From Hydrurus foetidus (lineage: Eukaryota), in the NCBI GenBank assembly GCA_900617105.1, contig UYFQ01000001.1, forward strand, positions 3,472,001 to 3,536,000: 64,000 nucleotides of DNA, written 5' to 3'. Shown one piece after another: positions 38,354-47,665 of the stretch. How positions within the stretch are numbered: position 1 is the first letter of the stretch; each line of letters starts with the position of its first letter. Under the pieces are notes generated by a model. The model ran no database searches and was not told the DNA's origin. It worked only from the letters and a program-made list of their open reading frames with translations. The translations under genes were made by a program, and so were the position numbers.

Positions 38354-39523
38354 CTATCCTTTGAGGTTGGCTTTGATGACAGCAGCCAGCGCCGCAATGC
38401 CAACTTTAATTTGATCTGCGCTCGCCGTTACAAAAGAAAGGCGCAGCGTGTTCAATTGCGGTGCGTCTGCATAAAAAGCCGAGCCCGGCACAAAAGCAAC
38501 GTTGCGTTCAACCGCTTTGGGCAGCAGTTCAACCGCATTCATGCCGCGCGGCAATTTGAGCCACAAAAACATGCCGCCATCGGGCGTGTTCCACGTTACG
38601 CCGCTGCCCGCGAGGTGCGTATCGAGCGCAGCCAGCATCGCATCGCGCTGCGATTTGTACAGCGCGCGAATCGTGGGTACGTGGCGGTCTAAAAAGTTGC
38701 CTCTTATCACCTCAGCCACCATGCGCTGGTTAAAACTTGGGGTGTGCAAATCGGCGGCTTGCTTGGCTTGCAACAGTTTCGGGTATAGCGCCTTGGGAGC
38801 GACTAAAAAGCCCAGCCGCAAACCGGGTGCGAGTGTTTTGCTAAAGCTGCCCATGTAGATGCAACCATCGGGGTTGCGTGCGGCTAGTGGCAAGGGCGGC
38901 GGCGCATCAAACCACAAGTCACCGTAGGGGTTGTCTTCAACAATCGGCAAACCGATTCGCGCGGCGGTGGCGCTCAGCTCGGTTCGCCGCGCTTCACTCA
39001 TCAATCCGCCCGTCGGGTTTTGAAAATTCGGCACGACATAAATAAAGCGGGCTTCTTTAGCTTTGGCTTGCAGGTCAGCCATATCCACGCCCTCAGCATC
39101 GCTGGCCACGCTCACAAACTGCGGCTGCATGGGGGTAAAGGCTTGCAGCGCACCCAGATAGGTTGGCGTTTCCACCAGCACTTTCGAGTGTTTGTCGATC
39201 AGCACCTTGCCGATCAAGTCCAGCGCCTGCTGGCTGCCGGTGGTGATCAATACCTGCGCCGGGTCAACGTCCCACGGCAGTGAAGCGGCCACCCATTCGC
39301 GCAGCGGCGCGTAGCCTTCGCTGGCCGCGTATTGCATCGCGCCTTCGCCATCGGTTTTAAGCACGGTGTCGCAGGCCGCGGCAAACGCATCAATCGGGAA
39401 AGTTTTGGGTGAGGGCAACCCACCCGCAAAGCTGATGATGCCGGGCTTTTCAGTAACCTTCAGTATTTCGCGAATCACCGACGGGTTCATTTTTTCTGCG
39501 CGTTCGGCCTGTGTCCACATCAT
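38354..39523 (-). CDS. PLP-dependent aminotransferase class I/II (2-aminoadipate transaminase-like)
   Basis: SVIREILK, ISFAGGLP, ITTGSQQALDL, PNFQNPTG, GSFSKTLAPGLRLG. Confidence 0.92.
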   Translation of the reverse strand: MMWTQAERAEKMNPSVIREILKVTEKPGIISFAGGLPSPKTFPIDAFAAACDTVLKTDGEGAMQYAASEGYAPLREWVAASLPWDVDPAQVLITTGSQQALDLIGKVLIDKHSKVLVETPTYLGALQAFTPMQPQFVSVASDAEGVDMADLQAKAKEARFIYVVPNFQNPTGGLMSEARRTELSATAARIGLPIVEDNPYGDLWFDAPPPLPLAARNPDGCIYMGSFSKTLAPGLRLGFLVAPKALYPKLLQAKQAADLHTPSFNQRMVAEVIRGNFLDRHVPTIRALYKSQRDAMLAALDTHLAGSGVTWNTPDGGMFLWLKLPRGMNAVELLPKAVERNVAFVPGSAFYADAPQLNTLRLSFVTASADQIKVGIAALAAVIKANLKG

Positions 39524-39546
39524 CTCTAGCTCCTTTACTTCGACTT

Positions 39547-40461
39547 CTACGTTGGCTTACCCACTGGCATTTTCTTGCCGATAAAAACGGTAGCAATCAC
39601 CGCCAGACCAAAGCCAACTGTCACCGCATCCAGCTTTTCACCCAACAACGGTATGGCAAACAGCATCGACATGAATGGCTGCACCAATTGCACCTGACTC
39701 ACCCGCACGGTGCCGCCAAGCGCCAGCCCGCGGTACCAGGCAAAAAAGCCCAGCCACATCGAAAACACCGCGACATAAGCGAAGCCCCACCAGGCGCCTG
39801 GCTTGATGGCTTGTACTGGCCACGAATAGATGCTGAGTGGCAGTGTCAAAGGCAATGAAATCACCAGCGCCCAGCAAATCACATGCTCAGCCCGCATGTG
39901 CCCAGCGAGGCGGCCGCCGTAGCAATAACCCACCGCCGCGCACAGCATGGCGGCCAGCAGCAACAAGTCGGCAAAGCTGATGGAAAGAGCGCTACTTGTG
40001 CTGCCCGAGCGCAGCACGGCAAACACCACCACCAGTGCGCTGCCCAAACCAGCGCATAGCCAAAAACCAATCGACGGCCGCTGGCGGTGCAGCAGCGCGC
40101 CGACGGCTGCGGTAGCCAGCGGCAGCACACCCACAATCACGCTGGCATGCATCGCCTCTACGTAGCGCATGGCAATCGATGTAAACAGCGGAAAACCAAA
40201 CACCACGCCGCTTGCAGTGATGGCGAGTGGCAACCAATCACCGCGTGCAGGCCATGGCGCGCGGGTGACTAAAAGCAGCGCAGCCGACAAGCCAGCGGCC
40301 ACCACGGCACGGCCCATGGCGATGAACAAGCCCGACATTTGTGGAGCTTCAGGTGTACCCACGGCCAGCCGCGTCATGGGCAGCGTGACTGAAAAGATCA
40401 CGATACCCAGCAGCCCAAGCCACAGGCCTTTGCTAATTTGCGCGCCAGTGCTCGTGCTCAT
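39547..40461 (-). CDS. DMT/EamA family transporter
   Basis: About ten hydrophobic helices; FSVTLPMTR, GFFAWYRGLALGG; ATGA coupling with the upstream gene. Confidence 0.88.
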   Translation of the reverse strand: MSTSTGAQISKGLWLGLLGIVIFSVTLPMTRLAVGTPEAPQMSGLFIAMGRAVVAAGLSAALLLVTRAPWPARGDWLPLAITASGVVFGFPLFTSIAMRYVEAMHASVIVGVLPLATAAVGALLHRQRPSIGFWLCAGLGSALVVVFAVLRSGSTSSALSISFADLLLLAAMLCAAVGYCYGGRLAGHMRAEHVICWALVISLPLTLPLSIYSWPVQAIKPGAWWGFAYVAVFSMWLGFFAWYRGLALGGTVRVSQVQLVQPFMSMLFAIPLLGEKLDAVTVGFGLAVIATVFIGKKMPVGKPT

Positions 40462-41114
40462 ATCGTCGCCATCCATAAAGCCGTCATCACCAGCACCAGC
40501 GCCATGGCACGGTTAAACCACGTCAAGCGCTGGCCAGTACCGTTGGGCCCCGCCAGCCAGTCTTTAAGCAGTGCGCCCATCAGCGCGTAAGTCAGGTTGC
40601 TGAAAAAAGCAAACGCCAGCATCAGCGGCAGCACAATCGCGAACCGCTCAAGCGGGTTGGCGCGCCCGGCAATCCAGCCACTGACGATGGCCAAGGCCAG
40701 CATCCAGGCTTTGATATTGACGAACTGCATTGCTACGCCTTGTGCGAATGTCACGTTGAGATTGGTGGCATCAACTGGCGGGTTCGGCCGGGCGTTAGGT
40801 GAAGAATTAACGGGCGAATTAATCGGAGTCTGACCCCAATTAAAGAGTTTGACGGCGAGAAACAGGAGGTAGCCTACGCCGATGGCTTGTACTGCCAGTT
40901 TCAGCAGCGGCACGGCCAATATCAAGGCGCCCAGGCCTAAGCTGCACAAGCTGAGCAATAAGCCCCAACCGACAGGCACGGCGCACACAAAGCGCAGTGC
41001 GCGCTTGAGGCCGTGGTTGGCCGCCAGCGCGGTAGACAGCGTGGTGTTGGGTCCGGGTGAAAAGCTCATGGCGGTGGCCAGCACCAGCAGGGCGGAGAGT
41101 TCTTGCCAATTCAT
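40458..41114 (-). CDS. LysE family translocator
   Basis: SFSPGPNTTL, GVGYLLFLA, QFVNIKAW motifs. Start set at ATG 41114. Confidence 0.85.
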   Translation of the reverse strand: MNWQELSALLVLATAMSFSPGPNTTLSTALAANHGLKRALRFVCAVPVGWGLLLSLCSLGLGALILAVPLLKLAVQAIGVGYLLFLAVKLFNWGQTPINSPVNSSPNARPNPPVDATNLNVTFAQGVAMQFVNIKAWMLALAIVSGWIAGRANPLERFAIVLPLMLAFAFFSNLTYALMGALLKDWLAGPNGTGQRLTWFNRAMALVLVMTALWMATI

Positions 41115-41139
41115 TCTGCTGACTTTATAGTCCAAACCA

Positions 41140-41210
41140 GCACAGTAGCAGTACAGTTGTACAGTCAATTTTTAAAACTGTATTGCTTGTCCAGGCTGCA
41201 CACCTGTACG
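41140..41210. promoter_or_regulatory. Probable MocR operator (repeated TACAG/CTGTA motifs) in the divergent promoter
   Basis: GTACAGT twice (41151-41157, 41159-41165), inverted ACTGTA near 41177 and CTGTAC near 41204, between lysE and the MocR gene. Confidence 0.5.
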
Positions 41211-41223
41211 CAAAGGATTCGTG

Positions 41224-42672
41224 ATGTTGATGAAAGCCGCCTCCCAGTCGTTGACAGAGCAACTCGCCGCGCGCTTTGCCGAGCGCATTAAAAACCAATT
41301 GCTGGCGCCGGGCGCGCGCCTGCCGTCGGTGCGGCTGTGCGCCCAGCAGCAGGGCGTGAGTGTGTCGACCGTAGTGGCTGCGTACGACCAGTTGCAAGCG
41401 CAGGGCCTGGTGGTAGCGCGCAAAAACAGCGGGTTTTATGTGCGTGATGGTATGGCCTTGGGAGCGGAGTCAAACTGGTCTGTAGACCCATTAATACGGG
41501 CGCGAGCAGCTACTAAAAACATAGTAAATGAATCGACTACGGCAGCGCGCCCTATCGATGCCACCGCATTGCTGCGCGGCATGTTTGAGAGCGGCAGCAA
41601 TCGACCTCAGCCGGGTATCGGCGTGTTTCCGCCTGACTGGCTAGACACCCCATTTTTAGCGACTGCGGTACGCAAATTTACAACCAGCACCGCCCTTAAA
41701 GCCGCAACGCTTAGCTACGGCGACCCGAAGGGCGACAGCGCCTTGCGCCACGCGCTGTCGCAAAAGCTCGGCACGATCAACGTACGCGCGGCGGCCACGC
41801 AAATCATCACCACTGTCGGGGCGACGCACGCGCTCGATATGGTCAGCCGTACGCTGCTCAAAGCGGGTGACTCTGTGATGGTGGAAGAACCCGGCTGGTC
41901 GGTTGAATTCGCGCGCTTGTCGGCGCTGGGCATGCGCATTCTGCCCGTGCCCCGCCACGCTGATGGGCCTGACCTTGACGTGATGGCGCGCTACTGCCAA
42001 CTGCACGCGCCCAAGCTGTTCGTCAGCGTCAGCGTGTTTCATAACCCCACTGGTTATTGCATTAGCCCCGGCAGCGCGCACCGGGTTTTGCAGCTTGCTA
42101 ACCAACATGATTTTTATGTGTGCGAAGACGACACCTACAGCCACTTGGCTCCTGAGCATGCCACGCGGCTGTGCGCCCTTGATGGTTTGCAGCGCACTAT
42201 TTACGTCAGCGGCTTTGCCAAAATTTTGGCGCCTGGCTGGCGGGTTGGGTTTTTAGCTGCGCCGCCTGCGCTGGTCGAACGCCTGGAAAGCACCAAACTG
42301 CTGACGACGCTCACCACACCTGCGCTGCTTGAAAAGGCGCTGGCCTGGTGCATTGACCAAGGCCAGTTGCGCCGCCATGCCGAGCGCATCCGCACGCGGC
42401 TGGCCGAGGCGCGTGCCCGCAGTGTGAAGCTGGCGCTCAGCCACGGGTGCACCTTTGCGGCCGAACCAGCGGGCTTGTTTGGCTGGGTCGACACCGGGGT
42501 GGACACTGACGCGCTTGCCCAGCGCCTGCTGGACGAGGGCTACCTGATCGCCCCCGGCGGTCTGTTTTATGCCCAGCGCGCGCCCAGCCCGCTCATGCGA
42601 ATCAATTTCACCACCACGCAAGACGCCGCCTTCTGGCGGGTGTTTGCCCGGCTACGCAAGGCCGCGCTGTAG
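41224..42672 (+). CDS. MocR/GabR-type regulator (GntR HTH + PLP aminotransferase domain)
   Basis: GARLPSVR...VSVSTVVAAYDQLQAQGLV...SGFYV, then FHNPTG, EDDTY and SGFAKILAPGWRVG. Confidence 0.92.
   Translation: MLMKAASQSLTEQLAARFAERIKNQLLAPGARLPSVRLCAQQQGVSVSTVVAAYDQLQAQGLVVARKNSGFYVRDGMALGAESNWSVDPLIRARAATKNIVNESTTAARPIDATALLRGMFESGSNRPQPGIGVFPPDWLDTPFLATAVRKFTTSTALKAATLSYGDPKGDSALRHALSQKLGTINVRAAATQIITTVGATHALDMVSRTLLKAGDSVMVEEPGWSVEFARLSALGMRILPVPRHADGPDLDVMARYCQLHAPKLFVSVSVFHNPTGYCISPGSAHRVLQLANQHDFYVCEDDTYSHLAPEHATRLCALDGLQRTIYVSGFAKILAPGWRVGFLAAPPALVERLESTKLLTTLTTPALLEKALAWCIDQGQLRRHAERIRTRLAEARARSVKLALSHGCTFAAEPAGLFGWVDTGVDTDALAQRLLDEGYLIAPGGLFYAQRAPSPLMRINFTTTQDAAFWRVFARLRKAAL
41477..41525 (-). 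repeat. Family A repeat, in frame (opposite orientation) in the MocR interdomain linker
   Basis: GGTCTGTAGACCCATTAATACGGGCGCGAGCAGCTACTAAAAACATAGT, read as SVDPLIRARAATKNIV. Confidence 0.82.
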
Positions 42673-42798
42673 TCCTGCTGCAACGCTTGGCCGGGGCGAT
42701 TAATAATCCGTTACCCGAGGTCGCCAGTTGCGCGTTAGCATCGGCAGGTAAGTTGTTTTATTTACATCCAATTAGCTAAAAGCCAAAGGAGATTTCCC

Positions 42799-43260
42799 AT
42801 GACGACACGTCGCCAAGTTATTCGAATCGTTCCAGCATTGCCCTTGATGACTGCAGCTGGTGCTACCGCACTGCTAGCAGCTTGCGGAGAAAAAAAGCCG
42901 GTTGATGTTGCAGCGCCTTCAGCAGCACCCACCCCAGCGCCAGCGCCCGTAGCTGCGGCACCGACTCCTGCAGCAACGCCAGAACCTGCTCCGGCCGCTG
43001 CGCCAGCGTCACCTGCAGCCGCTGCCACTGGTCCATTGCTCGATGAAAAAGACCCCGCAGCTGTAGGCTTGGGTTATGTGGCCGATGCCACGAAGGCAGA
43101 CAAAACCAAGTACGCCCAGTACGTTGTAGGTTCGGCTTGCTCTAATTGCGCGCTGTACCAAGGCGCAGCAGGCTCAGCCCAAGGCGGCTGCCCGTTGTTT
43201 GCCGGCAAGCAAGTGTCAGCCAAAGGCTGGTGCAGCGCTTACGCTAAAAAAGCGGCCTAA
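42799..43260 (+). CDS. HiPIP with Tat signal, lipobox and Pro/Ala linker (putative lipoprotein)
   Basis: TTRRQVI, LLAA-C lipobox, long Ala/Pro tract, then DEKDPAAVGLGYV...CSNCALY...CPLFAGKQVSAKGWCSAY. Confidence 0.9.
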   Translation: MTTRRQVIRIVPALPLMTAAGATALLAACGEKKPVDVAAPSAAPTPAPAPVAAAPTPAATPEPAPAAAPASPAAAATGPLLDEKDPAAVGLGYVADATKADKTKYAQYVVGSACSNCALYQGAAGSAQGGCPLFAGKQVSAKGWCSAYAKKAA

Positions 43261-43293
43261 CGTTCTGAACGGTGGTCTGGCCTGAGCCAGATC

Positions 43294-43373
43294 GATACGG
43301 GCGCAAAAAGCTATTAATACAGTAGCTGCTTGCGCCCGCATCTATTGGGCTACAGCCCTAAAGCGTATCAATT
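43294..43373 (+). repeat. Family A repeat with an inverted partial copy, forming a long hairpin between convergent genes
   Basis: GATACGGGCGCAAAAAGCTAT-TAATAC-AGTAGCTGCTTGCGCCCGCATCTATTGGGCTACAGCCCTAAAG. Confidence 0.82.
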
Positions 43374-43437
43374 TTGAGGCCCTTTACCGCCAAATTGGCT
43401 ACGCAGAGGCAAGCTGCCCCGCAGCCACACCCCGAGG

Positions 43438-44628
43438 TTACGCAGCCTGCACTGCAATCTGCTGCGCGAGTTTGACCAGACTCAAGTCACTGCCCGCCGG
43501 CCCCAGCAAAGACAAGCCCAGCGGCGCGCCTAAGCGTTGACCCAGCGGCAGCGATATTTGTGGAAAGCCGCTCAAGCCAGACACTGACAGCATTTGCAAA
43601 GAACGATTGCGGTAGCTTTCCAATTTCTCGCCACCGTCGCCTGTAAGCGGCGCGATGTCGGGCATGGTTGGCATCACCAATACGCCGTCTGCGCCCAGCA
43701 GGTCAGCCAGGTGTTTTTTAAACCGCTCGCGATAGGCGACGCCTTGGGCAAATTGGTCATCCGTCACGGTTTTAGACCAGGCAAAGCGCTCAGCAACGCC
43801 CGGGCCCAGCGGTGGGCAAAAGCGTTCAATTAGCGGTCCGTTTACCGTCCACGCCTCACGCCCCTGGATGTGGCGAAAGCGCCAGAACAGCGTGTCGACG
43901 TCGTCCAGAATCACGTTGGTGTCTGTAGCTTTTCCTAGCGCCGCTTGCACGCGTACCAGCGGCGAAGTCTGCGCAGCCGTCACCTCAGCATCCAGCATGG
44001 CCCAAATATCCAATGGCTTGAGTAGCCTGATTTTTGCTGGCAAAGGTGCGGTGTCTTCACCCAGCAGCACATTAGATACTCGCGCGAAGGTGCCTACGTC
44101 TCGCGCAAAATAGCCGCAGGTGTCAAAGCTAGGCGCCAAGTCCAATGCGCCTGCCAAACTGATGCGCCCATGCGTGGGCCGTATGCCGTACAAGCCGCAG
44201 TGGTTGGCAGGCGCACGCACCGAGCCGCCGGTGTCGGTACCCAACGCAAAGTCGCACAAGTTATGGGATACCGCTGATGCTGAACCCGACGATGAGCCGC
44301 CCGAAATGCGATCCGGCGCAGCGCCATTAATCGGCGCGCCAAAGTGCGCGTTGTTGCCGTTCATGGAAAACGCCAGCTCGTCGGTGACGGTTTTGCCGAT
44401 AAAGCGCGCCCCTGCGTCGAGCAGCTTTTGCACCGTCGGCGCTGTTTGGGTTTTGATGCCCGACATGGCCAGCACAAACGGCTGACCGCCGCCCGTCGGG
44501 TAGCCGGCCACGTCAAACAGGTCTTTGACGCCAAAGCACAGGCCGCTTAAAGGCCCGGTGCTGGCGTGCAACACAGGCGCGTCGGGGTAAGGCAAAAAAG
44601 CGTGAGCGGTGTCGTTGATGAGAGGCAT
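43438..44628 (-). CDS. Amidase signature family protein
   Basis: FGVKDLFDV, IGKTVTDELAFS, SGGSSSGSASAV, LGTDTGGSVRAPA. Confidence 0.92.
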   Translation of the reverse strand: MPLINDTAHAFLPYPDAPVLHASTGPLSGLCFGVKDLFDVAGYPTGGGQPFVLAMSGIKTQTAPTVQKLLDAGARFIGKTVTDELAFSMNGNNAHFGAPINGAAPDRISGGSSSGSASAVSHNLCDFALGTDTGGSVRAPANHCGLYGIRPTHGRISLAGALDLAPSFDTCGYFARDVGTFARVSNVLLGEDTAPLPAKIRLLKPLDIWAMLDAEVTAAQTSPLVRVQAALGKATDTNVILDDVDTLFWRFRHIQGREAWTVNGPLIERFCPPLGPGVAERFAWSKTVTDDQFAQGVAYRERFKKHLADLLGADGVLVMPTMPDIAPLTGDGGEKLESYRNRSLQMLSVSGLSGFPQISLPLGQRLGAPLGLSLLGPAGSDLSLVKLAQQIAVQAA

Positions 44629-44705
44629 GACGTGTCCAAAAAATCAATCGTTAACGCTATCACATCGTTTCCAGGTCAGCAGCTTGAGCAATGGTAGTGC
44701 TAATA

Positions 44706-44758
44706 GCTATTAAGTTAATAGCACTTTGTGCCTGTATCTATTGGTCTAGAGGCATAAA
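44706..44758 (+). repeat. Family A repeat (intergenic)
   Basis: GCTATTAAGTTAATAGCACTTTGTGCCTGTATCTATTGGTCTAGAGGCATAAA. Confidence 0.8.
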
Positions 44759-44812
44759 CGGCATTAATTTGGCATTGAAACAGCTCGAAAGCGGCCTACT
44801 GCGGGTAACTAC

Positions 44813-44852
44813 TGGCACGAAATTCGCGTGTAAAACCTGACCAATTGGTTAA
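44813..44852 (+). promoter_or_regulatory. Sigma54 promoter followed by a RutR-type operator
   Basis: TGGCACG-AAAT-TCGC at 44813-44827 (GG-N10-GC); CTGACCAATTGGTTAA at 44837-44852, two mismatches to TTGACCAnnTGGTCAA. Confidence 0.75.
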
Positions 44853-44928
44853 GTCTGGGGTTTAATCAGGCGGGAGTGTTGGCGCAAGCCAAGCGATTAA
44901 ATTTTCTCCATGCGATCAACGTTTTTTC

Positions 44929-45741
44929 ATGACAAAACCAGAAACCGACAGTGTCAAGGCAGTCAAAGCGGATTTAGCGATCAAGGTAGAAAACGCCAGC
45001 GTGATTTACCAAACGGCGGACTCGCCCGTTCACGCACTCAGCAACATTGACCTGACCATCAAAGAAGGCGAGTTTGTCTCGCTGATTGGCCCGTCAGGCT
45101 GCGGCAAAACCACGCTGGTGCGGGTGATTGCTGATCTTGAAAAAATCAGTAGCGGTAGCGTTTTGGTCAATGGCGTGAGCCCGGCGCAGGCCAGATTGAA
45201 CCGTGCTTACGGCTATGTTTTTCAAGCGCCTGCGCTGTTCCCGTGGCGCAATGTACTGGCCAACGTCACGTTGCCGCTGCAAATTCAAGGCAAAGGCAAA
45301 GACGAGGCGAACCGAATTGCGACCGAATATTTGGCCAGAGTTGGCCTGTCCGGTTTTGAAAAGAAATACCCGTGGCAACTGTCGGGCGGTATGCAGCAGC
45401 GGGTGTCGATTGCGCGGGCGCTGTCGTTTGAACCGCGCATTTTGATGATGGACGAGCCCTTTGGTGCATTAGACGAAATCACGCGTGACCGGCTGAACGA
45501 GCAGCTCCAGCAGTTGTGGCAAAAAGAGCGCCGCACAGTGGTGTTTGTGACCCACTCGATTGCGGAGGCAGTGTATTTGTCAACCCGCATCGTGGTGATG
45601 TCGCCGCGCCCGGGGCGCATCGTTAAGGTGATTGAATCGACGTTGCCTGATGAGCGCCATCAGGGCTTGAAAGACACGCCTGAATTTGTAGCGCTGGCGC
45701 ATGAGGTGCGTGAGGCGTTGGCGGACGGGCACCATGGCTGA
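44929..45741 (+). CDS. ABC transporter ATP-binding protein (NitT/TauT family, probably pyrimidine uptake)
   Basis: GPSGCGKTT, LSGGMQQR, MDEPFGALD, FVTHS. Confidence 0.93.
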   Translation: MTKPETDSVKAVKADLAIKVENASVIYQTADSPVHALSNIDLTIKEGEFVSLIGPSGCGKTTLVRVIADLEKISSGSVLVNGVSPAQARLNRAYGYVFQAPALFPWRNVLANVTLPLQIQGKGKDEANRIATEYLARVGLSGFEKKYPWQLSGGMQQRVSIARALSFEPRILMMDEPFGALDEITRDRLNEQLQQLWQKERRTVVFVTHSIAEAVYLSTRIVVMSPRPGRIVKVIESTLPDERHQGLKDTPEFVALAHEVREALADGHHG

Positions 45742-46645
45742 AGCCGCGTTGCGCTCGTCGCTGCCGCGGCGCCTGGCCTTCAATGGTTTGCCGATTGCTG
45801 TGGTGTTGGGCTTTGTGCTGTTGGCTTGGTACGCCGCCGCGTGGGGCATGAACGCACCCGGCGCGGTTGAGCGGGTGATGAATAATTTTGAGCCAGCGGG
45901 CGCGTGGACGGCGTTTGATCTGTTCAAAGCCACCATGCAAATGGAGCGGCCTTTGCTGCCCGCGCCGCACCAGGTGGCGATGGATTTATGGTCGAGCTTG
46001 TTTGATTGGCCCGTGTCATCGCCGCGTAATTTGCTGTTCCACGCGTACATCACCGCGCAGTCGACATTGGCGGGTTTTGTGATGGGCACCGCGCTTGGCT
46101 TATTGCTGTCGGTACTGATTGTTCATTCACGCACGCTAGACCGAGCTTTGCTGCCGTGGATTGTTGCGTCGCAAACCGTGCCGGTGCTGGCCATTGCGCC
46201 GATTGTGCTGATTATTTTGGGCAGCCTGGGCTTTTCAGGCATTGCGCCCAAGGCCACCATTGCCATGTACTTGTGCTTTTTTCCGGTCACGGTAGCAATG
46301 GTGCAGGGCTTGCGCTCACCGCAGGTGATTGAAACTGAAATGATGCACACCTACGCGGCCAGCCGCTGGCAAGCGCTCTGGTTTTTGCGGCTGCCTGCTG
46401 CCCTGCCGTTTTTGTTTCCTGCGCTGCGGGTGGGTGTGGCGGCCGGGCTGGTCGGTGCGATGGTGGCGGAGCTGCCAACCGGCGCTGAAGCTGGTCTGGG
46501 TGCGCGGTTGCTGACGGGCTCTTACTACGGCAATACGGTGCAAATTTGGTCTGCGCTGGTGATGTCGGCGCTGCTGGGCTTGGTACTGACGGCAGCCGTT
46601 GCTTTGGTTGAACGCATGGTGTTGCGGTCGCGGGGCGGGTTATGA
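45734..46645 (+). CDS. ABC transporter permease
   Basis: SQTVPVLAIAP, CFFPVTV and LRLPAALPFLF motifs; operon context. Confidence 0.9.
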   Translation: MAEAALRSSLPRRLAFNGLPIAVVLGFVLLAWYAAAWGMNAPGAVERVMNNFEPAGAWTAFDLFKATMQMERPLLPAPHQVAMDLWSSLFDWPVSSPRNLLFHAYITAQSTLAGFVMGTALGLLLSVLIVHSRTLDRALLPWIVASQTVPVLAIAPIVLIILGSLGFSGIAPKATIAMYLCFFPVTVAMVQGLRSPQVIETEMMHTYAASRWQALWFLRLPAALPFLFPALRVGVAAGLVGAMVAELPTGAEAGLGARLLTGSYYGNTVQIWSALVMSALLGLVLTAAVALVERMVLRSRGGL

Positions 46646-47595
46646 AAAAGACCGTGTTGATCTTGCTCGCCTGCACAGTCGCCGCCTTTACATTGCTGCA
46701 ATTTTTGCCTGCTGTGGGCGACCTTGAGGCCAAAGTTGGTGCGTTGTTTTGGCCAGCTTGCGTGGCGCTGGCCGCGGCAGCCGTTTACAGCGTGCAGCGT
46801 GTTGCAGCGCTTAATGGGCAGCGCTACGGCGAACGTTTTGTTGGCCTACTGACCGCTGCGCTATTCGGTCTTTGGCTGGTCTACTTTTGGCAAGTGCTGG
46901 TAGTGGCTTTTGGCGTACCGCGCGTAATTTTGCCGCCGCCATCGTTGATTGCGCAATCTTTGGTGGACAACGCGCCCAAGCTGTGGGGCGACTTTGTTCA
47001 AACGGTCGTGAAGTCGGTTTTCATCGGCTGGGCTTTGGGCTGCAGCCTGGGTTTTGCCGTAGCAGTCGCCATTGACCGCATGCCCTTTTTGCAGCGCGGC
47101 TTGCTGCCCATAGCGTCATTGACCAGTGCCATTCCCTTGGTCGGTGTTGCACCGATTGCCGTGATGTGGTTTGGCTTTGAATGGCCCAGCAAAGCCGCCG
47201 TAGTGGTGCTGATGACGTTTTTCCCCATGCTGGTTTCTACCCTTGCCGGGCTGAAAGCGGCTGGCAAACTCGAGCTTGAATTGATGCACAGTTACGCGGC
47301 CAGTTACTGGCGGACGTTGTTGGCGCTCAGGTTGCCAGCAGCGCTGCCGTTTATGTTTGGCGCACTGAAAGTTAACGCCACGCTGGCTTTGATTGGGGCC
47401 ATCGTGGCAGAGTACTTTGGCTCACCTACGCAAGGCATAGGCTTTCGCATATCAACCGAGGCCGGAAAAATGAACATGCCCTTGGTGTGGGGCTCGATTG
47501 TGGTGGCAGCGGTAACGGGCTCGTTGGCCTACGCCTTGCTTGTGCAATTGGAGCGCAAGGCTGCGTTTTGGCACCCCTCGGTGCGTGGAACTTAG
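46642..47595 (+). CDS. ABC transporter permease
   Basis: PLVGVAPIAVMWFG, FFPMLV, LRLPAALPFMFGALK; ATGA overlap. Confidence 0.9.
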   Translation: MKKTVLILLACTVAAFTLLQFLPAVGDLEAKVGALFWPACVALAAAAVYSVQRVAALNGQRYGERFVGLLTAALFGLWLVYFWQVLVVAFGVPRVILPPPSLIAQSLVDNAPKLWGDFVQTVVKSVFIGWALGCSLGFAVAVAIDRMPFLQRGLLPIASLTSAIPLVGVAPIAVMWFGFEWPSKAAVVVLMTFFPMLVSTLAGLKAAGKLELELMHSYAASYWRTLLALRLPAALPFMFGALKVNATLALIGAIVAEYFGSPTQGIGFRISTEAGKMNMPLVWGSIVVAAVTGSLAYALLVQLERKAAFWHPSVRGT

Positions 47596-47665
47596 TGATG
47601 AAGTCGATTTCGGTGAGTTTTATCGTGTTTTCGTGAGTTTGTTTTTAAATCTAAAGGAGCTTTCT

